Source: a virus (taxonomy: Duplodnaviria > Caudoviricetes). Taken from it: DNA of 30,936 bases. The position numbers and the translations under genes were made by a program. The DNA lies in the IMG/VR virus record IMGVR_UViG_3300025637_000039, positions 1 through 30,936 of that record. One strand, 5' to 3'. Under the pieces are notes generated by a model. It made no database searches. It was given only the letters and a program-made list of their open reading frames with translations, and was not told the DNA's origin. Every line of letters begins with the position of its first letter. Within the stretch, counting starts at the first letter, position 1. Positions 1-9,095 of the stretch are shown piece after piece.

Positions 1-2
1 AA

Positions 3-557
3 AATGAAAAAAAGATTGGTGATAAAACTTTAATTTTAAATACTAAAATAGAAAGTTGGAAATCTGTAAACAATTTAGCTATTGTTGTAGAAACACCAAA
101 AGCTTTTAAAACAAATATAAAAAAAGGAGATATAATAGTAGTACATCAAAATGTATTTAGAGTATTCTATGATATGAAAGGTGTTAAAAAAAATAGTAGA
201 TCATTTTTTAAAGATGGATTATATTTTTGTGCTATTGATCAAATATATTTGTATAAGAACACAGGAGATTGGCAATCATTTGGAAACAGATGTTTCGTAA
301 TGCCTTTAAAAAATAAAGACTCTTTAAAGCTAGATAAAGAACAAAAGCTTATTGGTATATTAAAATATGGTAATAAGTCCTTAGAAGCGCTTAAAATAGT
401 CCCAGGGGATGTAGTAGGCTTCACGCCTAACAGTGAATGGGATTTTGTTATAGATGAGCAAAGAGTTTATTGTATGAAATCTAATGATATTGTAATTAAG
501 TATGAACACGAAGGAAACGAAGAAGAGTATAATCCTAGCTGGGCAAAAAGCAGTTGA
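3..557 (+). CDS. GroES/Cpn10-like co-chaperonin with two GroES-like units (5'-truncated by window edge)
   Basis: The frame of the listed 174..557 ORF is open back to position 3 (NEKKIGDKTLILNTKIESWKSVNNLAIVVETPKAFKTNIKKGDIIVVHQNVFR...). The C-terminal unit GNRCFVMP...IVPGDVVGF...DFVIDEQRVYCMKSNDIV resembles the GroES pattern (GDRVLV...VKVGDKVLF...IDGEEYLIMRESDIL). The N-terminal unit has AIVVETP...IKKGDIIVV. Confidence 0.6.
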   Translation, partial: NEKKIGDKTLILNTKIESWKSVNNLAIVVETPKAFKTNIKKGDIIVVHQNVFRVFYDMKGVKKNSRSFFKDGLYFCAIDQIYLYKNTGDWQSFGNRCFVMPLKNKDSLKLDKEQKLIGILKYGNKSLEALKIVPGDVVGFTPNSEWDFVIDEQRVYCMKSNDIVIKYEHEGNEEEYNPSWAKSS

Positions 558-777
558 AGAATTAATTAAAGTAGCTAAAGAGGCTATTGTTGATTCAGGT
601 GATGATATAACAGCTGATAGATTAAAAAATGCTGCGGCTACAAAAAAATTAGCTATATTCGATGCTTTCGAAATACTTACTAGAATAGAAGCAGAAGAAG
701 CTTTGTTGAATGATAATCCAAAAGAAGTAAAAGAAGAAAAAGCTTTTAGAGGATTTGCAGAAGGAAGATCTAGGTAA
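502..777 (+). CDS. Putative terminase small subunit
   Basis: 91-aa helical, charged protein directly upstream of TerL and coupled to it (TAATG at 775-779). Overlaps the upstream gene by 56 nt. Function inferred from position. Confidence 0.55.
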   Translation: MNTKETKKSIILAGQKAVEELIKVAKEAIVDSGDDITADRLKNAAATKKLAIFDAFEILTRIEAEEALLNDNPKEVKEEKAFRGFAEGRSR

Positions 778-2981
778 TGTATAAGCAAACATTATACCAT
801 GTTGTCAAAGATGCTATAAAACCTAAAGTTTTAAGTAGACTAAATAGATATAAGAAATGGGAGTACGGTTACAATAAAGAATATGATTTTGTTGTAATAA
901 GTAAAACCGGGGAAATAGGAGAGATATATAATATACAAGGATTAAGAATAGCTTTACCTAAAGAAAAAGATATAAAAGAGTTTTCAACTAATAAATGGGA
1001 ACATACAGAATATCCTAAAGAATTAAAAAGAATTAAATCAGTATTTGACTGGGATGAATATCCCGTTGAATTTAAAGAAAAATGGTATGACTATATTGAC
1101 ACAGAGTTTAAAAGGCGTGAAGATGGTTTTTGGTTTATTAATAAAGACAAGCCTACTTATATTACTGGTACTAACTACATGTACCTGCAGTGGTCCAAGA
1201 TTGACGTTGGGCAGCCAGACTTTAGGGAATCAAACAGATTATTCTATTTATTCTGGGAAGGCTGTAAGGCAGATCAACGGTGTTACGGAATGTGTTATCT
1301 TAAGAACAGACGGTCAGGTTTCTCTTTCATGGCATCAGGCGAAACGGTTAATCAGGCAACAATATCCACAGATTCAAGATTTGGCATTTTATCAAAGTCC
1401 GGGCCAGACGCCAAAAAGATGTTTACTGATAAGGTCGTACCCATTTCAGTTAATTACCCCTTCTTCTTCAAACCAATCCAGGACGGTATGGACAGGCCGA
1501 AGACAGAGCTCGCGTACAGGGTACCGGCGTCGAAGTTTACCAGAAAGAAACTTGACACCAACGAGAAACTTAAGGAGATCTCCGGGCTCGACACCACGAT
1601 CGACTGGAAGAACACAGGGGACAACTCGTACGACGGTGAAAAATTAAAACTATTAGTACACGATGAAAGTGGCAAGTGGGAAAAACCCACAAATATATTA
1701 AACAACTGGAGGGTAACTAAAACTTGTTTAAGATTAGGATCTAGAATTATAGGCAAGTGTATGATGGGATCAACATCAAACGCATTAGACAAAGGAGGGG
1801 CTAACTACAAGAAATTATATTATGATTCAGACGTTAACAAAAGAAACGCCAATGGACAGACTCGTTCAGGACTCTATTCTTTGTTCATACCTATGGAATG
1901 GAACTACGAAGGATACATTGATTCTTATGGCTTACCTGTATTCAATACACCAAAAAAACCGGTTGAAGGACCTCAAGGAGATTTAATTGATACGGGCGTA
2001 ATAGAGTATTGGCAAAACGAAGTTGAGGGGTTGAAAGAAGATCAAGACGGTCTTAATGAATTTTATCGTCAGTTTCCAAGAACAGTAGAACATGCTTTCA
2101 GAGACGAAGCTAAAGAATCTTTATTTAACCTAGCTAAAATATATGAGCAAATAGATTATAATGCTGATTTAAAAAATACCGCTGTTATAACTACAGGTAG
2201 TTTTCAATGGCAAGATGGTGTTAAAGATTCTAGAGTTATATTTATACCAAATAAAGATGGTAGATTCAAAGTGTCTTGGGTGCCACCAATTGAGCTGCAA
2301 AACCGAATGATAATTAAAAATGGTAAGAAATATCCAGGAAACGAGCATTGCGGCGCTTTTGGGTGTGATAGTTATGATATATCAGGTACTGTAGATGGAA
2401 GAGGATCTAATGGCTCTTTGCATGGCTTAACAAAATTTAGTATGGAAAATGTTCCTCCGGATCATTTCTTTTTAGAATATATAGCAAGACCACAAACTGC
2501 AGAAATATTTTTTGAAGATGTATTGATGGCTTGCGTATTTTATGGTATGCCAATATTAGCCGAGAATAATAAGCCTAGATTACTGTATCATTTTAAAAGA
2601 AGAGGCTATAGGGGATACTCTATGAATAGACCTGATAAATTAAAGCTTTCCGTAACAGAAAGAGAAATAGGTGGAATACCTAATTCAAGTGAAGATATAA
2701 AACAAGCACATGCGGCAGCTATAGAAACATACATAAATACCAGAGTAGGATTACTAGAAACAGGGTATGGAAATATGTATTTTCAAAGAACATTAGAGGA
2801 TTGGGCAAGATTTAATATAAACAATAGAACGAAGCATGATGCCTCTATAAGTTCAGGATTAGCATTAATGGCTTGCAATAAAAATAGATATATACCTAGA
2901 GCTAAAGTAGAATATAAAGCTATAGATTTAGGTATTAAACGATACGACAATAAAGGCGGTATGTCTAAAATAATAAAATAA
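777..2981 (+). CDS. terL: Terminase large subunit (crAss-like type)
   Basis: 734 aa. Walker A-like LKNRRSGFSF, Walker B LLVHDESGKW, motif III GSTSN, and RNase H-like nuclease motifs FGCDSYD, ILAENNK and KHDASIS. Followed by the portal. Confidence 0.93.
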   Translation: MYKQTLYHVVKDAIKPKVLSRLNRYKKWEYGYNKEYDFVVISKTGEIGEIYNIQGLRIALPKEKDIKEFSTNKWEHTEYPKELKRIKSVFDWDEYPVEFKEKWYDYIDTEFKRREDGFWFINKDKPTYITGTNYMYLQWSKIDVGQPDFRESNRLFYLFWEGCKADQRCYGMCYLKNRRSGFSFMASGETVNQATISTDSRFGILSKSGPDAKKMFTDKVVPISVNYPFFFKPIQDGMDRPKTELAYRVPASKFTRKKLDTNEKLKEISGLDTTIDWKNTGDNSYDGEKLKLLVHDESGKWEKPTNILNNWRVTKTCLRLGSRIIGKCMMGSTSNALDKGGANYKKLYYDSDVNKRNANGQTRSGLYSLFIPMEWNYEGYIDSYGLPVFNTPKKPVEGPQGDLIDTGVIEYWQNEVEGLKEDQDGLNEFYRQFPRTVEHAFRDEAKESLFNLAKIYEQIDYNADLKNTAVITTGSFQWQDGVKDSRVIFIPNKDGRFKVSWVPPIELQNRMIIKNGKKYPGNEHCGAFGCDSYDISGTVDGRGSNGSLHGLTKFSMENVPPDHFFLEYIARPQTAEIFFEDVLMACVFYGMPILAENNKPRLLYHFKRRGYRGYSMNRPDKLKLSVTEREIGGIPNSSEDIKQAHAAAIETYINTRVGLLETGYGNMYFQRTLEDWARFNINNRTKHDASISSGLALMACNKNRYIPRAKVEYKAIDLGIKRYDNKGGMSKIIK
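1123..1647 (+). CDS. Overprinted +1-frame ORF inside terL, lipoprotein-like signal peptide (candidate o-spanin or envelope lipoprotein)
   Basis: The frame is open from 1045 to 1647. ATG at 1123 has A at -3 and TTTAAAA at -16..-10. N-terminus MVFGLLIKTSLLILLVLTT-C (Cys at 1180). TerL codons avoid NTA before purines throughout, and GC rises locally. Confidence 0.65.
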   Translation: MVFGLLIKTSLLILLVLTTCTCSGPRLTLGSQTLGNQTDYSIYSGKAVRQINGVTECVILRTDGQVSLSWHQAKRLIRQQYPQIQDLAFYQSPGQTPKRCLLIRSYPFQLITPSSSNQSRTVWTGRRQSSRTGYRRRSLPERNLTPTRNLRRSPGSTPRSTGRTQGTTRTTVKN

Positions 2982-5387
2982 ATGATAATACAGACTAACA
3001 CTAACAGTTCATTTCCAAGCCAGGTAGTAAGCGAGGCTGAAAAATCTAGCTTAGATTATGGTATACAAGTAGGTAGAGCTATAGAAGGAGAATGGTTTCA
3101 AGAGGGAAGAGCTGGAAATAGATACGTTCAATCTTACGCTACCTTTCATAGGTTAAGATTATACGCTAGGGGTGAACAAAGTGTTCAAAAATATAAAGAT
3201 GAATTATCAATAAACGGAGACTTATCTTATCTTAATTTAGATTGGAAACCTGTTGCTGTTATATCTAAATTTGTAGATATTGTTGTTAACGGAATGGCTA
3301 ACAAATCTTATGATATTACGACATTTGCACAAGATCCTTTTTCTGTTAAGAGCAGAACAGATTACGCGGCTGCTATTGAAAAAGACATGAATGCTAAACC
3401 TATGCTTGAAAATATAAAGCAAGAATTAGGGATGGATATGGCTCGAACTGGAAATTTAGAAGATCTTCCAGAAAGCAAAGAGGAATTAGATATTCACATG
3501 CAAATGACTTACAAACAGAATGTTGAAATAGCAGAAGAAGAGGTTATTAATAATGTTTTAGCGTTTAATAAATATGATCAAACTAAAGCAAGAGTTGCTT
3601 ACGATTTAGCTGTTTTAGGTATAGGAGCAGTAAAAACAAGATTTGATTTAAGCGAAGGTATTAAAATTGATTATGTTGACCCCGCTCGTATAGTTTATTC
3701 ATACACGGAAGATCCAAATTTTGAAGACATATATTATGTAGGAGAAGTTAAAGCTATAAGTATTCCTGAATTAAAAAAACAATTTCCGGATATACCAGAT
3801 GAAGAGCTTCAAAGAATACAAAATATGCCAGGCAATTCTCAATACGTTACTGGTTGGGCAAATTATGATCAAAACACTGTGCAGGTTATGTACTTTGAGT
3901 ACAAGACTTATGTTGATCAAGTGTTTAAAATAAAGAAAACAGATCAAGGCTTAGAAAAAACATTAGAAAAACCTGACACCTTTAATCCACCAGAAAATGA
4001 TAATTTTGATAGAGTATCTAGATCTATAGAAGTTTTATATACTGGAGCTAAAGTTCTTGGAAACAATTACATGCTGGAGTGGAAGATGGCAGAAAATATG
4101 ACCCGACCTACCGCGGATACAACTAAAGTAAATATGAATTACTGTATATCTGCGCCTAGAATGTATAAGGGTAGAATAGAATCTTTAGTAAGTAAAATTA
4201 CAGGTTTTGCTGATATGATTCAATTAACCCATTTAAAATTACAACAAGTAATGTCTAGAATAGTACCAGATGGTGTATTCTTAGATATGGATGGTTTAGC
4301 TGAAGTTGATTTAGGTAATGGAACTAATTATAATCCAGCGGAAGCATTAAATATGTATTTCCAAACTGGTTCTATTGTTGGTAGATCACTCACGCAAGAT
4401 GGTGAATTAAATAGAGGTAAAGTTCCTATTCAAGAATTGTCATCGTCATCGGGACAAGCTAAAATACAAAGTTTAATTGGTACGTATCAATATTATCTTC
4501 AAATGATAAGAGACGTAACTGGTTTAAACGAGGCAAGAGATGGTAGTGCCCCAGACAAAGATGCTTTACTTGGATTACAAAAAATGGCCGCTAACGCCTC
4601 TAACACAGCTACAAAACATTTACTAGAGTCGTTATTATACTTAACAGTTAGAACTTGCGAAAATGTAAGTTTAAAAGTAGCGGATTTAATTCAAAACCCT
4701 TTAACTGAAAATTCTTTAATAAATTCCATAAGTACATTTAATGCTGAAACGTTGGAAGAACTAATGAATTTACAATTGCATGATTTTGGTATTTATATTC
4801 AATTAGAGCCTGAAGAAGAAGAAAAAGCTTTGCTTGAGCAAAACATTCAAATGGCCTTGCAAACAGGAACAATTGCTTTATCTGATGCAATAGATATACG
4901 AGAAATAAAAAATACTAAATTAGCTAATCAATTCATAAAACTAAGACAAACACAAAAAATTAAAAGAGAACAAGAGCAGCAGCAAGCAAATATTCAAGCT
5001 CAAGCTCAAGCCAATGCTGAATCTGCAGAAAAAGCGGCTATGGCAGAAGTTCAAAAACAACAAGCATTAACTCAGGAGAAAGTTAGTATTGAACAAGCTA
5101 AATCACAATTTGAAATACAAAGAATGCAGACAGAGGCTCAAATAAAAAGAGAGCTAATGGCTGAAGAGTTTCAATACAATATACAACTAGCTCAGGCTCA
5201 AATGGGTGCAACAAAAGCAAAAGAGCAAGAAATTGAAGATAGAAAAGATCAAAGAATAAAATTACAAGGAACACAACAATCCGAACTAATACAACAAAGA
5301 CAAACAGAAGGATTACCTAAGAATTTTGAATCATCAGGTAATGATGTTCTGGGTGGTTTTGGACTAGAAGAGTTTGGCCCTAGTTAA
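2982..5387 (+). CDS. Portal protein
   Basis: 801 aa right after TerL, with size and layout typical of crAss-like/P22-type portals (RLYARGEQ, IRDVTGLNEARDG) and a long Q/E/A-rich coiled-coil C-terminus (barrel). Confidence 0.88.
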   Translation: MIIQTNTNSSFPSQVVSEAEKSSLDYGIQVGRAIEGEWFQEGRAGNRYVQSYATFHRLRLYARGEQSVQKYKDELSINGDLSYLNLDWKPVAVISKFVDIVVNGMANKSYDITTFAQDPFSVKSRTDYAAAIEKDMNAKPMLENIKQELGMDMARTGNLEDLPESKEELDIHMQMTYKQNVEIAEEEVINNVLAFNKYDQTKARVAYDLAVLGIGAVKTRFDLSEGIKIDYVDPARIVYSYTEDPNFEDIYYVGEVKAISIPELKKQFPDIPDEELQRIQNMPGNSQYVTGWANYDQNTVQVMYFEYKTYVDQVFKIKKTDQGLEKTLEKPDTFNPPENDNFDRVSRSIEVLYTGAKVLGNNYMLEWKMAENMTRPTADTTKVNMNYCISAPRMYKGRIESLVSKITGFADMIQLTHLKLQQVMSRIVPDGVFLDMDGLAEVDLGNGTNYNPAEALNMYFQTGSIVGRSLTQDGELNRGKVPIQELSSSSGQAKIQSLIGTYQYYLQMIRDVTGLNEARDGSAPDKDALLGLQKMAANASNTATKHLLESLLYLTVRTCENVSLKVADLIQNPLTENSLINSISTFNAETLEELMNLQLHDFGIYIQLEPEEEEKALLEQNIQMALQTGTIALSDAIDIREIKNTKLANQFIKLRQTQKIKREQEQQQANIQAQAQANAESAEKAAMAEVQKQQALTQEKVSIEQAKSQFEIQRMQTEAQIKRELMAEEFQYNIQLAQAQMGATKAKEQEIEDRKDQRIKLQGTQQSELIQQRQTEGLPKNFESSGNDVLGGFGLEEFGPS

Positions 5388-5419
5388 AATTGCAAACAAT
5401 TATTTAATTATATTATATT

Positions 5420-6634
5420 ATGTCAGAAACAAAAACAAATGAACCTGTTAAGCAGGAAGGAGACTTTAGTTTAAAAGGAAAATCCAAAAGACCAAAACAA
5501 TTATCAAACAAAGCGCCTGAAATAGTAAAGGTTAATATTAAAGAACCTTTAGTAAATTTAGAGCCAGATGTAACAAAAGTTGTTATATCTAAAGACGAAT
5601 TAAAACAAGAAGCGAATGCCATTCAAGAGCAAAGCACAGAGAGCGGCGTGTTACATACAGAACAACCCAAAGTGGGATTGCAAGAAGTGGGACAAGGAAA
5701 CTCAGGGCCCATTGAAGATGTTAAAGAAGATTTGCCGCTGCAAGAAATAACTGAAGAAGTAAAGCAAGTAGTTCAAGAAGCAAAAGAAGCAGTAAGAGAT
5801 GAAAAAATTTTAGGTAAGCCTTTACCAGAAAACGTTGAAAAGCTAGTTGCTTTTATGGAGGATACTGGAGGAACTGTTGAAGACTACGTTAGACTAAATG
5901 CAGACTATTCTTCTGTTGATGATAAAACACTATTAAAAGAATACTATAAAAAAACAAAACCTTATTTAGAATCAGATGACGTTAGCCTACTATTAGAAGA
6001 CTACGATTACGATGAAGATATAGACGAGGAAAGAGATATACGCAAGAAAAAAATTGCGTTTAAAGAAGAAGTTGCAAAAGCTAAAAACTTTTTGGAAGAA
6101 ACCAAGAGTAAATATTACGACGAAATCAAGTTGAGACCCGGCGTAACTCAGGAACAACAAAAAGCTATGGATTTTTTCAACCGTTACAATGAAGATCAAG
6201 AAACAGCTACTAGGCAGCATGAGGATTTTAAATCTCAAACTAATAACTATTTCAATAACGAATTCAAAGGTTTTGAATTTAATGTTAGTGGAAAAAAGTT
6301 TAGGTATGGAGTACAGGATCCAAGTAAAGTCGCAGAAGACCAGTCTAACATTAACAACTTTGTAGGAAAGTTTCTAAACAAAGAAGGTAAAGTAACAGAC
6401 ACTAAAGGTTATCACAAAGCTTTGTTTATGGCATCTAATGCAGATACTATTATCAATCACTTTTATGAGCAAGGGAAATCAGATGCTACCAAAGATATTA
6501 TAGGTAAATCTAAAAACCCAAGCGCACAACCTAGACAGGTGCAAGAAGGTAAATTTATTAATGGTTTAAAGGTTAGGTCTATAAGCGGTCAAGATTCTTC
6601 AAGATTAAAAATAAAAACAAAAAAATTTAACTAA
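5420..6634 (+). CDS. Putative capsid scaffolding protein
   Basis: 404-aa acidic, helical protein between portal and major capsid, with a low-complexity N-terminus and a basic C-terminal tip (RLKIKTKKFN). Confidence 0.65.
   Translation: MSETKTNEPVKQEGDFSLKGKSKRPKQLSNKAPEIVKVNIKEPLVNLEPDVTKVVISKDELKQEANAIQEQSTESGVLHTEQPKVGLQEVGQGNSGPIEDVKEDLPLQEITEEVKQVVQEAKEAVRDEKILGKPLPENVEKLVAFMEDTGGTVEDYVRLNADYSSVDDKTLLKEYYKKTKPYLESDDVSLLLEDYDYDEDIDEERDIRKKKIAFKEEVAKAKNFLEETKSKYYDEIKLRPGVTQEQQKAMDFFNRYNEDQETATRQHEDFKSQTNNYFNNEFKGFEFNVSGKKFRYGVQDPSKVAEDQSNINNFVGKFLNKEGKVTDTKGYHKALFMASNADTIINHFYEQGKSDATKDIIGKSKNPSAQPRQVQEGKFINGLKVRSISGQDSSRLKIKTKKFN
5616..5750 (+). CDS. Overprinted 44-aa basic protein (MPFKSKAQR-type) in +1 frame of the scaffold gene
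   Basis: Translates MPFKSKAQRAACYIQNNPKWDCKKWDKETQGPLKMLKKICRCKK*. Coincides with a GC-richer patch and follows an A-rich TTAAAACAAGAAG leader. I recall MPFKSKAQR as a recurrent N-terminus of small standalone phage proteins. Confidence 0.7.
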   Translation: MPFKSKAQRAACYIQNNPKWDCKKWDKETQGPLKMLKKICRCKK

Positions 6635-6646
6635 AAAATTATTATT

Positions 6647-8119
6647 ATGAGTTTAAGTCCTCAATTTGGTAGTTTAATCCCTTCGCAGTCGCAAGAGATT
6701 TTAAACAGTAACTACCTACAATTTAACGGTGGTGCAGGAGCTGGCGATACAAACACGTTCGCTCAACAGTATTTACCAGAAATTTATGAACAAGAAGTAG
6801 AGCGTTATGGAAACAGAACGTTATCTGGATTCTTAAGAATGGTTGGCGCTGAAATGCCAATGACAAGTGATCAAGTAATTTGGTCTGAACAAAACAGATT
6901 ACATATATCTTATCAAGGTGTTGGAGTTGTAAATGGTGCTGTTGGTACGACTAGTACTATTACATTATTCGCTCCTGGAACAGCTGGATTACAGAATGTT
7001 ATTTCAATCAATGATACTATTGTATTTTTAAATCCTGCAACAGGAGAAGAAAGCAAAGCATTAGTAACTGATTCTGGAGCTTACGCTGGATCTCTTATTG
7101 CTGCAACTGATATTGTAGTACAGCCTTTTGATAATGTTCAAATAACTGCAGCTCTAGCAGCGGTTGGATGTAAAGTGTTTGTATACGGTTCTCAATACCA
7201 AAAAGGTCAAAGCATGGATGGTGCTTTTGCTGCAGGTGGAGCGAATCAAGGGCGTATCTCTGTTGAGCCTCAATTAACTCAATTTTCTAACTCTCCTATC
7301 ATATTAAGAAGCCAATACGTAGTAAATGGTTCTGATATGGCACAAATCGGATGGGTAGAAGTTGCGACTGAAGATGGAACATCAGGATACTTATGGTATT
7401 TAAAAGCTCAATCTGAAACTAGATTACGTTTTGAAGACTATTTAGAAATGAGTATGGTAGAAGCTGAGTATAATCAATTACCTGCTGTACCAACAACATC
7501 TCCAGGATCTGAAGGTTTATTCTCTGCTATTCAAACACGTGGAAACGTAGAAGTAGGATTTACTGCTGCTGCTGGTTTAGATGAATTTGATGCTATTTTA
7601 AAGAACTTAGATACTCAAGGAGCTATCGAAGAAAACATGTTATTCTTACAAAGACAAACATCTTTGGACTTTGACGATATGTTAGCTTCTATTTCTGGTG
7701 GATTCGCTGGAGGTACTGCTTTTGGATTATTTGAAAATTCTGAGGAAATGGCTTTAAATTTAGGTTTCTCTGGTTTCAGAAGAGGTTCTTACGACTTCTA
7801 CAAAACTGACTGGAAATACTTAAACGATGCATCAACTCGTGGAGGAATCAATGGTATCAACTCTGTTGAAGGAGTATTAGTACCTGCTGGAACTTCTACA
7901 GTTTATGATCAAGTATTAGGAACTAACATCAGAAGACCTTTCTTACACGTAAGATATAGAGCTTCTCAATCAGATGATAGAAGAATGAAATCTTGGTTAA
8001 CTGGTTCTGCTGGTGGTGCTGCAACATCTACTTTAGATGCTATGGAAGTAAACTTCCTATCTGAAAGATGTTTGATCACTCAAGCTGCTAACAACTTTGT
8101 ATTATTCAAAGGAATCTAA
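6647..8119 (+). CDS. Major capsid protein (HK97 fold, crAss-like)
   Basis: 490 aa following the scaffold, with distinct high-expression-like codon use (TTC, AAC, ATC, CGT) and a terminator directly after. Motifs include QQYLPEIYEQEVERYGNRT, WSEQNRLH and RLRFEDYLEMSMVE. Confidence 0.88.
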   Translation: MSLSPQFGSLIPSQSQEILNSNYLQFNGGAGAGDTNTFAQQYLPEIYEQEVERYGNRTLSGFLRMVGAEMPMTSDQVIWSEQNRLHISYQGVGVVNGAVGTTSTITLFAPGTAGLQNVISINDTIVFLNPATGEESKALVTDSGAYAGSLIAATDIVVQPFDNVQITAALAAVGCKVFVYGSQYQKGQSMDGAFAAGGANQGRISVEPQLTQFSNSPIILRSQYVVNGSDMAQIGWVEVATEDGTSGYLWYLKAQSETRLRFEDYLEMSMVEAEYNQLPAVPTTSPGSEGLFSAIQTRGNVEVGFTAAAGLDEFDAILKNLDTQGAIEENMLFLQRQTSLDFDDMLASISGGFAGGTAFGLFENSEEMALNLGFSGFRRGSYDFYKTDWKYLNDASTRGGINGINSVEGVLVPAGTSTVYDQVLGTNIRRPFLHVRYRASQSDDRRMKSWLTGSAGGAATSTLDAMEVNFLSERCLITQAANNFVLFKGI

Positions 8120-8134
8120 GGATTCAAAATTAAT

Positions 8135-8180
8135 GTAATATTACCCTCGTAATAACTACGGGGGTAATTATTACTTTTAT
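8135..8180 (+). terminator. Intrinsic terminator after major capsid gene
   Basis: Inverted repeat GTAATA-TTACCCTCGTA / TACGGGGGTAA-TTATTAC followed by TTTTAT. Confidence 0.75.
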
Positions 8181-8253
8181 ACGACGATAGCCTACTACTA
8201 TTAATATATACTAGCTATTGTCACACTTACAAATTATTTAATTATATTATATT

Positions 8254-9084
8254 ATGGCTGCAAAAAAAGCACCAGCAAAGAAAGTTGAGGTTGCTCCTCA
8301 GCAAGAAGTAGTGGTAGAAACCCCTACGAAAAAACAACCAACAAAACCAAGTTGGGAAATAAAAGATAGAGTATACTATTTAAAAGGTAATAAATCACCT
8401 TTAACTTTAACAATACCAGGTAAACATACAAAGAAACATTCTTTGTTATATTTTGATTCTAAAACTGGAAAGCAAAGAGAAATAAGATATGCTACAAATC
8501 AAGACTCACCATTAGTTGATGAGCAAAAAGGAGAATGCACTTTAGGTCACATTAGATTTTCAGATGGAACTTTAAAAGTTAGCAAAGAACAAAAAAACTT
8601 ACAACTATTGTTAAGCCTGTATCATCCTTTAAAAGGAAAATTATACGAAGAGTTTAGCGCTGTTGAACAAGCTGAAGATGATTTAGATATTTTATTCTTA
8701 CAAAACGATGCTGTAAACGCGGCTAGAGATATAGATATTGACCAGGCTGAAGCAATAATGAGAGTTGAAATTGGATCTGAGGTTGGTAACATGAGTTCTA
8801 AGGAGCTTAAAAGAGACTTGCTTATGTTTGCTAGAAGAAATCCTGCTTTGTTTATAGAACTTGCTAATGATGAAAATGTACATCTTAGGAATGTAGCTAT
8901 TAGAGCTCAAGAAGCTGGAATAATAGTTTTATCACAAGATCAAAGAACATTCACTTGGGGATCTAATGGAAGAAAACTAATGACAGTTCCTTTCGATGAA
9001 AATCCTTATTCTGCTATGGCTGCTTATTTTAAGACCGATGAGGGTGTTGAAGTATTCAGATCTGTAGAGAAAAACTTAGATTAA
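8254..9084 (+). CDS. Conserved virion-module protein downstream of capsid (function unknown)
   Basis: 276 aa with a strong ATTATATTATATT-ATG start context and a flexible K/A/P-rich N-terminus. Position matches the conserved post-capsid gene of crAss-like phages. Confidence 0.6.
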   Translation: MAAKKAPAKKVEVAPQQEVVVETPTKKQPTKPSWEIKDRVYYLKGNKSPLTLTIPGKHTKKHSLLYFDSKTGKQREIRYATNQDSPLVDEQKGECTLGHIRFSDGTLKVSKEQKNLQLLLSLYHPLKGKLYEEFSAVEQAEDDLDILFLQNDAVNAARDIDIDQAEAIMRVEIGSEVGNMSSKELKRDLLMFARRNPALFIELANDENVHLRNVAIRAQEAGIIVLSQDQRTFTWGSNGRKLMTVPFDENPYSAMAAYFKTDEGVEVFRSVEKNLD

Positions 9085-9095
9085 CATGTAATGAT

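Noticed and set aside
5993-6238. Hydrophobic 81-aa antisense ORF in the scaffold gene
   Set aside because: It is codon-aligned antisense of an A-rich, Leu/Ser-poor stretch, so few stops and hydrophobicity are both expected. No convincing start.
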